The notes under the pieces were generated by a model. That model was not told the DNA's origin, ran no database searches, and saw nothing but the letters and a program-made list of their open reading frames with translations. A DNA stretch of 37,651 bases from Macrostomum lignano (taxonomy: Eukaryota), in contig NIVC01000042.1 in the NCBI GenBank assembly GCA_002269645.1, positions 662,444-700,094 of the forward strand. Reading direction: 5' to 3'. The position numbers were made by a program, and so were the translations under genes. Shown here in pieces: positions 12,138-34,856 of the stretch; within the stretch, counting starts at the first letter, position 1, and every line of letters begins with the position of its first letter.

Positions 12138-13579
12138 ATGCACCCCTCCCGCGCCCCTTCCCCCTGTGTGTCGCTCCCTACCACGAGTGTATAAACTTAA
12201 ATTTAAACTTGGATACTTTTGCGATATAGAATCGGCGAATACATGTTGTACAAGCGTACATATGTATATTATGTTATAGGTATTGATTTGTATATATAAT
12301 GCATCTATTCTTATTTATGTATACATTATGAAATGTTAAACATGCGTCATGTACATGCATGCACATGCAAAAATATAAGACCACCGATTTATTCCATATA
12401 CATGTATACGCGTCCAAATTCATATACAATGTGCATGTATAGTTTAATTAATATTTATGCTTTGTGTTAAGAAGAACCAAACCATCAAATGAATTTTTTC
12501 GTTAGGCTCCGGATCCTTGATGAGATGCTGTTTTATTCGCTTGAAGGTGACATAAAGCTGCAAATTATTCAGCCCAATAGGCTATCACGGCTATCTGCAA
12601 TTATTGCTACTCTATAACATGCACATTCATCCATACTTATGTACTTTATAGCTCGTACGTAATTGAATTAAGAGAGGTTTGGCTTTCTTGAAATCTTGTC
12701 TGTTAAAAATGCTTCGTTGTGTGGTAGGGGGGGGGGGTTCACAAACTCGAAATTTCACAAGGTCGAAATTTCACAACGTAGAAAACTACTGTATGGTTCT
12801 TGTTATATTAAATTGTCGACGTTGTGAAATTTCGAGCTTATGAAGCTCTTGCTAGAGTTTTCGGTGTTGTGAAATTTCGATCTTGTGAAATTTCGACCTT
12901 GTGAAAGTGGCTGCCATTTGAGTTTTCTACGTTGTGAAATTTCGACCTTGTGAAATTTCGACCTTATGAAGTCCTTTGCTAAAGTTTTCGATGTTTTGAA
13001 ATTTTGACCTTGTGAAGTTTCGACCTTGTGAAATAATTTACTTTTCGACCTTGTGAAGTTTCGACCTTGTGAAGTTTCGACCTTGTGAAATAATTTACTT
13101 TTCGACCTTGTGAAATTTCGACCTTATGAAAGCACCCCTGTGGTAGCTGGTCATTGAAGTTTGAGCATGGTGAATGATTCTTATGATTCTCTGCAATCTG
13201 AAATATGCTAAATGCACTAGCGATACTACTCTCAGAGGTTCCTACCGCCGGACCAGCAGCTCATTTCTAAGAAAATCAAGTGTATAGCGTACGTCTTTCA
13301 GCTTGAGCAGTTCATGTGTGAGTAAATGAGAGAACTTTCTATAATTCTTGTCAAAAATTTTATTCAGAAAATTTTCAACGAATTTTTTTTTATTAAAGCT
13401 AGTAAATTAATTAGGTTATAATATTTAACATTACGTTAAGCATAAAAGCAGGTGTAAGCGCAGCTTGAACAGAATTTAAACATATGGTTTTTGTAAAAAA
13501 TTATACTTTGTAATCCTAATTACAAATTAGTTTTAATTACGTTTTAAGTGTTACAGACCAAACCTTAAGGAAAATCTGA
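12138..13579 (+). CDS. Possible small 4-exon gene (12138-12186, 12506-12546, 13236-13317, 13557-13579; 64 aa, unknown)
   Basis: Pyrimidine-rich acceptors at 12114, 12505, 13235 and 13556, donors gtgaca and gtgagt, and compatible exon phases. The first donor (gtgtat) is weak and no homology is recognised. Confidence 0.25.
12726..13139. mobile_element. Foldback-type non-autonomous element built from 16-bp subrepeats (TTTCGACCTTGTGAAA)
   Basis: Ends AGGGG...CCCCT. The left arm carries the subrepeats in inverted orientation. Direct repeats GTGGT at 12721-12725 and 13140-13144. Confidence 0.7.
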
Positions 13580-13829
13580 TGTATGTAAGCTGGTGCATGT
13601 GTGCATTACTGTTAGTAGTACATATCGTCACAGACGATTCTGTCATGTGGCATTATAGACAATAATTCATGCTCGTGATGTCTGTAGCCCATTCTTAGCT
13701 GCGTTAACCTAAACTGGCATAAAAATTCAACAAATTATTATCATAGATGCTCTTCAGGGTGCATGCAGAGCACAATTTACTCGTAGCTGCAATTCATCAC
13801 CAATCCTCAGGCTCAAACTGACTCCGCAT

Positions 13830-25386
<11,557 letters not shown>

Positions 25387-25731
25387 TTTTACTAAAAATG
25401 TACGAGCCGGCGAAAGTAGTATCTGAAAAACTTTGAATATTTGCGGGCATTAAAAGACAAAAAAAGTTGAAAGTAAAGCAAGTCAAATTATTTTAGCGTC
25501 AGTGTATCAGTTGTCTATGCTAAGAAAAAATCATTAATTTTAGCAAAAGTACAAATAAAATACTTATAAAATTACTTTTAACTTATTTTTAGCGTATTTT
25601 GTCAACAGGTCAACAAACTTTGTTTTACTTAGTAACTAAGCCAAGCAATTACAAAAATGATATCAGATTTTTTTGCATTTTTTTTGTCTAATCCCAGGGC
25701 TTGGTTGCATGGTAGCACCTTCCAAGCTTCA
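25387..25731. promoter_or_regulatory. Putative bidirectional promoter and 5' UTR region shared by NPHP1 and tectonic
   Basis: 345-bp AT-rich spacer between divergent start codons. Promoter function is inferred from the geometry. Confidence 0.6.
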
Positions 25732-28700
25732 ATGATGGTTTCCTCTTGGATTGCACTTTTTATTTTGTCCTCAGTTTTATGTGGAGTCCTGTCACAATCA
25801 GAAGGTAGTAAGATTTTCTTAGTTAATTTCGTATTACGATTGCATTATCTTCTTGACAATTCTCGCATATCCCTAACCGTGTAATGTAATCGATTATTTT
25901 TTAAATCAGGTGAATTTTAGTTTATTCCTCTGGGCTCTCGATTCATCAACTAGAATGATGGGCTATCTGGATTCTGGCATATGAAGATCCGAGGCTTTTA
26001 ACATCGGGTGAAGCGTAGTGCAGTGGCTGTCAAAGTCTACAAAATTTATGTATTCTCAATATAGTCTCCAAGTACTTTTGATTGAGTACTTTGGTAACAT
26101 TGCATCTGAATTTTTTATGCATTTTTTATATTCACTTAAATATTGGGCTCTATTTTTTGCTCCCTCTGTCAACAGCTTGAATATTTCCAGTTTGTTTTAA
26201 TAAAAATAGTCAATAATTTACACTTCTATATTTTGCTCTTTTTTGTTATGAATAGGCAAAATAGTTTTTATAGACATCTGAATTAAGGCCAGTTGTGCAA
26301 TTTTGTATATATATTGCTCGATGGTTGTTCAGCATCTCACTGGGTATTCAGCAGCAACCATTTTTTGCTCAATTATTTCACAGTATAACACTTCACATTT
26401 AGGCATCTACCTAAATATATATAAGCTATTTGAGAAGTATCTATTTAGGAATAGATACGAGCTATCAAGGAAATAAATAAATTGCCCCATTTCATATTTT
26501 TACTCCAATTACTATTTATGCTAACTCTCTTATACCAATAGCAATATTGATACCATGGCTCTAACAAGCATTAAAATAGCAATTGTCACATGCAAAAAAC
26601 ATATATTGTAGGTTTTCTTGGATCTTGCACGTGTGACCTAACCAGCAATGCGTGCGACACAAACTGTTGCTGTGATCCAGACTGCCCGCTGGCTATAAAG
26701 GAAAGCTTTTCAACCTGCATCTCCACCTATAAGTAGTGAGTGTTACTGCTGATGTCTGATACCTAAATTGCCCACCCCAATCTATTACAGCTGAGCTATA
26801 ACCGAAATTTGAACCCGATATTTAATTTCAGCGAAAATGCACTGTCATGCGATCAGTCCGAAGTGATTTATCGCAATTTCACGTCCTACACATCGAATAC
26901 GACGAGTGACAATTTTTTCTGCGTTTATTTTGACCGCTGTAAGTCCTCCTTATTTGAATTTTCTAAATGCTTGCCGGCGTAAAAAATGCTTGCTCAGCCC
27001 AGCTGTCACTGATTTTCATATCTATCTGCAGACACGTCCAGAAATTATTATGTCGACACTTCAATTGACGCAACCAGCGACTCGAGCGTCTCAACCGCCG
27101 TTAGCAACTACGGCACATCGAGTGCGTTCACCAACGTTACCTCTGGTCTCGATCCCGCGTCCTTGAGGACTAGTTACCGGGTGAGGACAGGAAACTAGGC
27201 AACACATTTTGACCCTCCGTTGCCCTCCAGTGCTGAGTCTAACCCTCCAGTACTACCCTCCAGTGCTGAGTCTAACCCTCCAGTACTACCCTCCAGTGCT
27301 GAGTCTAACCCTCCAGTATTACCCTCCAGTGCTGAGTCTGACCCTCCAGTACTACCCTCCAGTGCTGAGTCTGACCCTCCAGTACTACCCTCCAGTGCTG
27401 AGTCTAACCCTCCAGTACTACCCTCCAGTGCTAAGTCTAACCCTCCAGTACTATACCCTCCAGTGCTGAGTCTAACCCTCCAATACTATACCCTCCAGTG
27501 CTGAGTCTAACCCTCCAATACTATACCCTCCAGTGCTGAGTCTAACCCTCCAATACTATACCCTCCAGTGCTGAGTCTACCTTCCAGTACTGAGTCTACC
27601 CTCCAGTGCTGAGTCTACATTCCAGTGCTGAGTCTACCTTCCAGTGCTGAGTCTACCCTCCAGTGCTGAGTCTACATTCCAGTACTGAGTCTACCCTTCA
27701 GTGCTGAGTCCACTCTCCAGTGCTGAGTCTTTCCTCTAGTGCTGAGTCTACATTCCAGTGCTGAGTCTACATTCCAGTGCTGAGTCTACATTCCAGTGCT
27801 GAGTCTACATTCCAGTACTGAGTCTAACCTCCAGTACTACCCTCCAGTGCTGAGTCTAACCCTCCAGTACTACCCTCCAGTGCTGAGTCTAACCCTCCAG
27901 TACTACCCTCCAGTGCTGAGTCTAACCCTCCAGTACTACCCTCCAGTGCTGAGTCTAACCCTCCAGTACTACCTTCCAGTGCTGATTCTACCCTCTAGTC
28001 TACCCCTTGCCCGCAGACCAATGTCCCGGTGCAGGCGCTCTACTCCATCGGCAGCGGAGTCCTCCCGGGCTTCCTGCTGCAGCCTCGATCGCTAGGCGGT
28101 CCCGCCTGCAGCTACGCCAGCCCGGCACTGTTCCTTGACTCGTCCAACAGCAGCTGCGCCAGGCAGGTGACGGGCGCCTCCTGCACCACAGACTCCGTTG
28201 TCCGTCTGGACAGCTTTGTGTCCAACTTTCGTGTGGCCAGGTAAATCTGGGGCAATTATTACTGTAATAGACTAGTGCGTTTCAACAGAACTTGCGTAAC
28301 TAGCGATATCGATGACTAATTTACCATAGAATATAGACCGGAGATCTCATCACTAGTGGCGGGAGTGAGGCCCAAATTGGAAGGGTAAAGGCCCGAATGC
28401 CCGATACCTCATGCAGGACTGCGGGCCAGAGGATGGGGAGAGAGGACAGAGAATGGAAAAGAGAGATAGCTAAGAGAAAGGCGAGGTGAGAAAATAAGGG
28501 AGGAAAGGCGATGAGAGGAGAAGAGAGGAGAGGAAAGGAGAGAAAGGGATTAGAGAGGATATTAGAGAGCAGAGAGGTGAGATTAGACAACAAAATTTGA
28601 GCGGACCAGATTGCTATTGTGAAGTTTCAAAGGCACCGAGGGCCCGAAGGCCGGAGTTTGCTGAACACTGCTTTAGGTGAAAGAAGATACGAGAGAAGTG

Positions 28701-31700
28701 AGCCTGAGACTATTGTCTAGTAAATATTTATGCTAGTAGTTGTTTATTACTCATAAATGTTTAAGTTTTGAGCCTGCAAAAACAATTTTACAATGCGATT
28801 CCTCAATTCGCAGAATCAAAAAATTTAGGAATTTGTGTCTATAATTAAAAATTTCTAGGGCTCGAAAAAAGGCTACTCGTCACTCCCACCTGCTCATCAC
28901 CCTGGAATACAAATCTGGATCTCATCCCTATTGAAACACAGGCCGCTAGCTGGTAAATTGCTAACAAAGCATCTTGAATCCCACGCCTTAGCGTATAACC
29001 CTTGGAATATTTCCCAATGCAAGACTCAAACACCATAGACTCAGACACCATAGACTCAGACACCATAGACTCAGACACCATAGACTCAGACACCATAGAC
29101 TCAGACACCATAGACTCAGACACCATAGACTCAGACACCATAGACTCAGACACCATAGACTCAGACACCATAGACTCAGACACCATAGACTCAGACACCA
29201 TAGACTCAGACAACAATGGCCAGTCCAGCTCACCTTGAACTCATTCAGCAAAGCGAATACGCACGCAGGCAGCCAACCCTGTTAAACGCCGCCACTGCCT
29301 ACGACGGACCGGAGCTGGTCAGCGTGACGCAGGCCTCGATTCTCTGCCTTGACTCTGCCGGAGCCAACCTCAGCTGCACAGGGGTGCCAGCGCCCAGTCT
29401 GGATAAAACCGACTGCGTCAATGTGCTGAGCGAGGTTCGAATTGATTTTTGGCTGCTGTGTGACCGCATGGTCCCGCACTCCTGTTTATCATGGCTAATT
29501 CCGCCCCTACTTTCAATTTCCGCCCCTACTTCCAATTTCCGCCCCCTACTTTCAATTTCCGCCCCTACTTCCAATTTCCGCCCCTACTTTCACTTTCCGC
29601 CCCCTTCTTTCAATTTCCGCCCCTACTTCCAATTTCCGCCCCTACTTTCACTTTCCGCCCCCTACTTTCAATTTCCGCCCCGCGAATTTCCCTTTCCCCC
29701 CTAATTTCACTTTCCGCCCCATCTTAACTTCACTTTCCGCCCTCTACTTTCAATTTCCGCATCTTACTTCTAATTTCCGCCCCTACTTTCAATTTCCGTT
29801 CCTACTTTCAATTTCCGCCCCTACTTCTAATTTCCGCCCCTACTTTTCATTTCCGCCCCTACTCTCAATTTCCGTCCGCCCCCTATTTTCAATTTTCGCC
29901 CCTACTTTCACTTTCCGCCCCCTACTTTCAATTTCCGCCCCCTACTTTCAATTTCCACCCCCTATTTTCAATTTCTGCCCCTCAAATTTCCATTTTGCCC
30001 CTAATTTGACTTTCCGCCCACCCTAACTTCACTTTTTGCCCCCTTCCCCTACGGAAATCGCCGAAATTGGCCAGGGGTTGCCAAGCGATTCAAAGCCATG
30101 AGGGCCAACCCCCCCCCCCCAGGCACAGAGACTGTACATGCCTGACGATTAGAAAGTCAGGGTTGATGTACACCCTGTGTGAGCTGTGTACGAGTGCGTG
30201 CCTGCGTACAGTGTACAGCATTGTCAGTTTGTAAGTATAGAATGCTGCAGACATGCCCCAGGGTGCCCGCAGCCCTCCTTACGCTGATCTTCATTCAGAC
30301 TGAAGAACCAGTTCTAAATTGGCAATAAAATCCGCTACACTGCAGCTGAGGTACAACATTATCTACACCCACGGCAGCGGAATCACGGAGGTCACCTATG
30401 ACGCGGTGCTTCGAACAATTCCCGTCGACACGGCCGTTCTGCAGAAGTTTCAGTTGAGCTATAATTTTGTAAGTTGACAATTGCAGAATCATGAGTATCC
30501 AGCATTAAAGTATATAGCATATTTTTGTCCAATATTTTGCCAGCCAATGAGTAGCAATTCACGAGCTTCTCATGACTCATGACTTCCGCTATCTACTGTA
30601 CCCTCGCCTCAGCTACCCTCTCAGCTATCCTCGCCTCAGCTACCCTCTCAGCTACCCTCGCCTCAGCTACCCTCTCAGCTACCTTCTCCTCAGCTACCCT
30701 CGCCTCAGCTACCTTCTCCTCAGCTACCCTCGCCTCAGCTACCCTCGCCTCAGCTACTCTCTCAGCTACCTTCTCCTCAGCTACCCTCGCCTCAGCTACC
30801 CTCGCCTCAGCTACTCTCTCAGCTACCTTCTCCTCAACTACCCTCTCCTCAGCTACCCTTCCCCCAGATATCACACCCCTGAGCTACAATACCCTTAAGC
30901 TACCGCACCCCTAAGCTACCGCACCCCTAATCTACCGCACCCCTAAGCTACCGCACCCCTAAGCTACCGCACCCCTAAGCTACCGCACCCCTAAGCTACC
31001 GCACCCCTAAGCTACCGCACCCCTAAGCTACCGCACCCCTAAGCTACCGCACCCCTAAGGTACCGCACCCCTAAGCTACCGCACCCCTAAGCTACCGCAC
31101 CCCTAAGCTACCGCACCCCTAAGCTACCGCACCCCTAAGCTACCGCACCCCTAAGCTACCGCACCCCTAAGCTACCGCACCCCTAAGCTACCGCACCCAT
31201 AAGCTACCGCACCCCTAAGCTACCGCCCCCTAATGCTACCGCACCCTTAAGCTACCGCACCCCTAAGCTACCGCACCCCTAAGCTACCGCACCCCTAAGC
31301 TACCGCACCCCTAAGCTACCGCACCCCTAAGCTACCGCACCCCTAAGCTACCGCACCCCTAAGCTACCGCACCCCTAAGCTACCGCAACCCTAAGCTACC
31401 GCACCCCTAAGCTACCGCACCCCTAAGCTACCGCACCACTAAGCTACCGCACCCCTAAGCTACCCTCCCAGCTTAGCAGCTTCAATCAGCCATGAGCGCC
31501 AGCACCCACCCATCGCTGAACCGCAGAGTGGCAGCGCTTCGGCTGACCTATTTGCCAGAAGCGGAAATCCGGGCTACCTGACCGGCCAGCCGCTCCTTGC
31601 CGGAGTGGCAAATTCCACATCTCGGACAGTCGGCCCGGTGTCCGGCCCGGACCGTTGGCGCCTCAACCTGCCGCCGGTGGATGCCAACGGCGCCTGCAAC

Positions 31701-33497
31701 GACGCTGCCGTGGGCAGCTCGGTGGGCCAGGCGGTGCTGTTCGGGGAGAACATCCGGGCCAGCTGCCGGCGGACCCTGTCCTGGAATGCCACCAGAAACC
31801 AGCTGATCAGCTCGTGCAGCTCGGTGAATTCCGCAATCCAGCGCTCTCTGATCGGCCTGGGCTTCGGCGGCAACATCTCCCTGGCCGCGTTCGGCAACGC
31901 CAGCGCCGCCAACTCCAGCGACTGGCTGACGGTCAGCGTGGATCCGACATCGTGCGTGCAGCCCAGCCCGGGCCAGGCGGCCACGGCCTGCACCAACATG
32001 ATCCTGGGCGGCCGGCTGGAGCTGCTGATGGCCCGGGCTGGCTCGCTGTCCAATGCGCAGAGCAAACTGGTGGCCGCCAGACTATCCTGCGATGTTGGCA
32101 CGATCGCGTTTCCGGCAAGTACCTCGCTTTGATGGCCTGGGTCGGGGTCCGCTAGCTAGCAGTTTATTGTATAAGTTTCACTACTGATTTTGAGACATGG
32201 TGCCACCCGCTGAAGGTGACGAAAGCGTCAGAGTGATGTCGGAATGCTTGAGAGACTACTTGCGGGTAACCCAGCAGTTGAGGCTTGCCCATTGTCGAGG
32301 TTTGATCAGAGACATCAGTGAAATTCCTAATAGGGTATCCATAGTCACCTATATAGTCCACCTGGATGAAGGCCAGTAACCAACAAAGTCAGGCCTGATG
32401 CAGACATACAGTATGTGGTCGACATGCTGATGAAATTTGGAGGCTCGGCGCAGTGCTGATTGGCGCACAGGGGTGTATTCAATACACCAGCGCTTATATG
32501 AAAAATCCGACCTGTTGAATATCTCGACGTTTCAGAGGTCTAGCGACTTAATTCTTGTTTGAGAAGGTGCTCAACAAAAATTAAGCCCGTGTTCTGAAAT
32601 TTCGTGTGCCTGCGTTGCTCCGTTCCGGCGCAGCAAAAAAAAATTCAAGGAGATCCCCCTTTAGTAGTTCCACTGCTAATATTGGTTCCGCCTAGGTGAA
32701 GGATCAACGCGTAGAAACTGAGGGTCCACCGCGGGTACCTCAATTTCGAACGAATGATCGACTCAGCTGCAGGGGGTTCCGGGCATCCGGATACAGCGGG
32801 GAGGCGTCGCCGCCCATTCCGCTAATCCCTGGCGACCGTGGGCAGCTGGTGCTGCGGTGTCGCGCAGGGAGATCCGGTGGTGCCCCGGGAGAGTCCAGAA
32901 GGTGGATGGTCGCTCGCCCGGTAGCCTTAAGGTAGCAGACGAGCTGGCAGAGGTTCTCGTGCCTGAAAAAAATCGGAGAGGTCCGGGTTTGGGCCGAGAT
33001 AGGCGAGCCTGTCCTGAGTAAAGGCGAGATATTCGCAGATGAAGTCCTCCGCATTCTCGACACCCTGATGTTTCTGTGGTTGACTAATGAGAATTGACTG
33101 GGTAATGAATTAAAGGTAATTGTAATTAAGGAGCTAACTATCCGGAATTCAACCGAATAGGCTTCCATTCGAAGGGATTCTGTTGATTTAGCTATAAACT
33201 TCTAATTCGCCGACCACCCTGTCCGTCGTGCAGTGCGCCGCCGGGTCCTGCACCGCCGTCAGCGACGCCAGCACAATCAACTTTCTAACCTCCTACACCG
33301 TGTCCTTCATCGATGTCACTGGCGAATCGCTTGAAGGCGCTAAGCAGCGCCCAGTGTACCTGCTCCGGCTGCCCACCGACTTCTTCTATCCGCTCTACAC
33401 CAGCCGCGGCGGCCGGGTGGCAGGCGGCTCGATCTCCATGCCGCTGCTGTGCCTGCTGCTCCTGCTACTGCTGGTGCCTCGCAGCCCCGTGGCCTGA
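25732..33497 (+). CDS. TCTN1: Tectonic-family ciliary transition-zone protein (9 exons, 606 aa)
   Basis: Exons: 25732-25807, 26612-26735, 26832-26938, 27032-27180, 28017-28240, 29269-29434, 30346-30468, 31527-32114, 33234-33497; phases are consistent. Signal peptide MMVSSWIALFILSSVLCG, signature CTCDLTSNACDTNCCCDPDC, SGNPGY, VLFGENIRASC, FGNA..DW, GSLSNAQSKLV, VSFIDV..RLPTDFFYP and a hydrophobic tail. The TCTN1/2/3 paralogue cannot be resolved. Confidence 0.92.
27222..27990. repeat. 33-bp minisatellite (CCTCCAGTACTACCCTCCAGTGCTGAGTCTAAC) with an internal block of ~19-bp subunits
   Basis: Read directly; fills tectonic intron 4. Confidence 0.95.
28430..28670 (-). mobile_element. hAT-like (Charlie-type) terminal fragment
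   Basis: The minus strand begins CAGTGTTCAGCAAACTCCGGCCTTCGGGCC, resembling hAT termini. It shares CTTTGAAACTTCACAATAGCAA and an adjoining CT-rich tract with 33940-34065. Confidence 0.5.
29030..29211. repeat. 15-bp minisatellite (AGACTCAGACACCAT), about 12 nearly perfect copies
   Basis: Read directly. Confidence 0.96.
29500..30045. repeat. About 20-bp minisatellite (CCGCCCCTACTTTCAATTT), tectonic intron 6
   Basis: Read directly. Confidence 0.93.
30100..30306 (+). mobile_element. Diverged, headless SINE-family copy
   Basis: GAGGGCCAACCCC..AGGCACAG..TGTACATGCCTGACGAT..AAAGTCAGGG..TGTACA.CCTGTGTGAG and CCAGGGTGC match the body of the SINEs at 6209-6574 and 16530-16886. Confidence 0.6.
30600..30860. 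repeat. 15-bp minisatellite (CCTCAGCTACCCTCG variants)
   Basis: Read directly. Confidence 0.93.
30890..31465. repeat. 16-bp minisatellite (CCGCACCCCTAAGCTA), about 35 copies
   Basis: Read directly. Confidence 0.96.
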
Positions 33498-33939
33498 TGA
33501 CCGCCGGCCCCAAAGGTAATTGCTGCTGGAAGTTGCTTTCTTTGCTGCATCATTAAGAAAAGAAACGCCAACAGAAACACACAGTAAAATTTTGTTGCCA
33601 ACGCGTTCCGTCTATCATAGACGTCGTCAGGCCCAATTCAATTCAAGTGATCTTCGCACACCAGTATATTTAAGAACAAGCTGTACTGTCCGAAATCGGG
33701 TTAGAACAATCTGGTAGAGTTTCAAAACGAGCATAAGTACAGAACGAAGGGAGAGAGAGAATAGACACGGTACTGCTCACAGTACTCTGAGCTCACGCTC
33801 CACCCCATTGCCAGCTAGCTGCACATTCAAGTTGGATTTGTGCATTCGGATACACGAAGCTACAATAATCTGAGGCTTATGGCCAAATTTGGACCCATCT
33901 AACACTTTGAATAGCTGAATCGGCTTCCTGTCGCAACAC

Positions 33940-34065
33940 AAACTCCGGCCCGCGAAGTCTCTCTAATCCGGCCCTCGGTTACTTTGAAACTTCACAATAG
34001 CAACCAGGGCCCACTCTCGCCTCTATCTTCTGTCCTCTCATCTTATCGTTTCTCTTCTCTCTACT
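33940..34065 (+). mobile_element. hAT-like fragment related to 28430-28670
   Basis: AAACTCCGGCCCGCG..AATCCGGCCCTCGGT.ACTTTGAAACTTCACAATAGCAA. Confidence 0.5.
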
Positions 34066-34856
34066 GTTGAGGTATAAAAAGTCTGCCGATAAAAACAATT
34101 TCGCGGATGCTTTGTGCGCCTGCGGTGCTCCAACTCTGATTACATTTTGCATACAACCCGTTAACTTTCAGAGGTCGGTTCTGTAAGGTCAAGATCTGCA
34201 TGGCAGCCAGTCACGTGACTGCTGGGACTTGCTTCGATCTAAAATGGTATTTTACTCTCTGGCGGAGCGCTGGCGTTCCTGCTGCCACGAGTTGTTGAAT
34301 TTCAACAACGCGTATTTGCATGTACTTGCTTTCGCCCCGGATGTACTTTGAGTCTTTTCGGCTGTTATGTACTAAGTATGTTATATCATGCCATGTTACA
34401 GTTATGTTATATCAACAAGAGATTTACTAGCTCGTATAGTTGATAGCAGTTTTCACTTTTTTCACGCAGCGTCTGTCTGTCACCAGTTTGTATTATTGAT
34501 ATAAATTTATTCATTACTGAGATATAAGACTATGCACAGCGAATAGGCATGTGCATGCAATTCTGAAACTATTACGGGTAATTGCAAACGTAACGAAAAT
34601 AAAAAGAATTATTTTTAAACTCAATCTTATCGTATATGTCCTGAAATGACTGACTGAATGACTGAAATGACCAAAAACAGACTTTTTTATGACCGAGATG
34701 TCAGCTTTTCATGACCGGATCATCAAAATAACTGAATTCTAATTCAATCAATTCGATATTAACTCATTTTGCATTACACAGGCATCAACTAAATTGCAAA
34801 ACAAAGTCTGTCAAAGGCACAATAGTTAGGCCTGATGGAAACCGAAGCTCGATTGT

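Noticed and set aside
25657-25731. Upstream in-frame ATG for tectonic
   Set aside because: It would bury the signal peptide behind 25 residues that coincide with a polypyrimidine tract and acceptor; 25732/25735 fits better, though 25657 is not excluded.
26013-26026. CGTAGTGCAGTGG matching the SINE A-box
   Set aside because: Only 13 nt match; no B-box or SINE body follows.
30130-30170. Hammerhead-like CTGACGA..GAAA in SINE copy 3 (also CTGATGA near 3634 and on the minus strand near 6190-6196)
   Set aside because: Stem II is absent or not followed by GAAA, and the core is not kept in the other SINE copies.
31574-32155. Overlapping alternative and antisense ORFs on tectonic exon 8
   Set aside because: GC-rich coding DNA with few stops; only one frame carries tectonic motifs.
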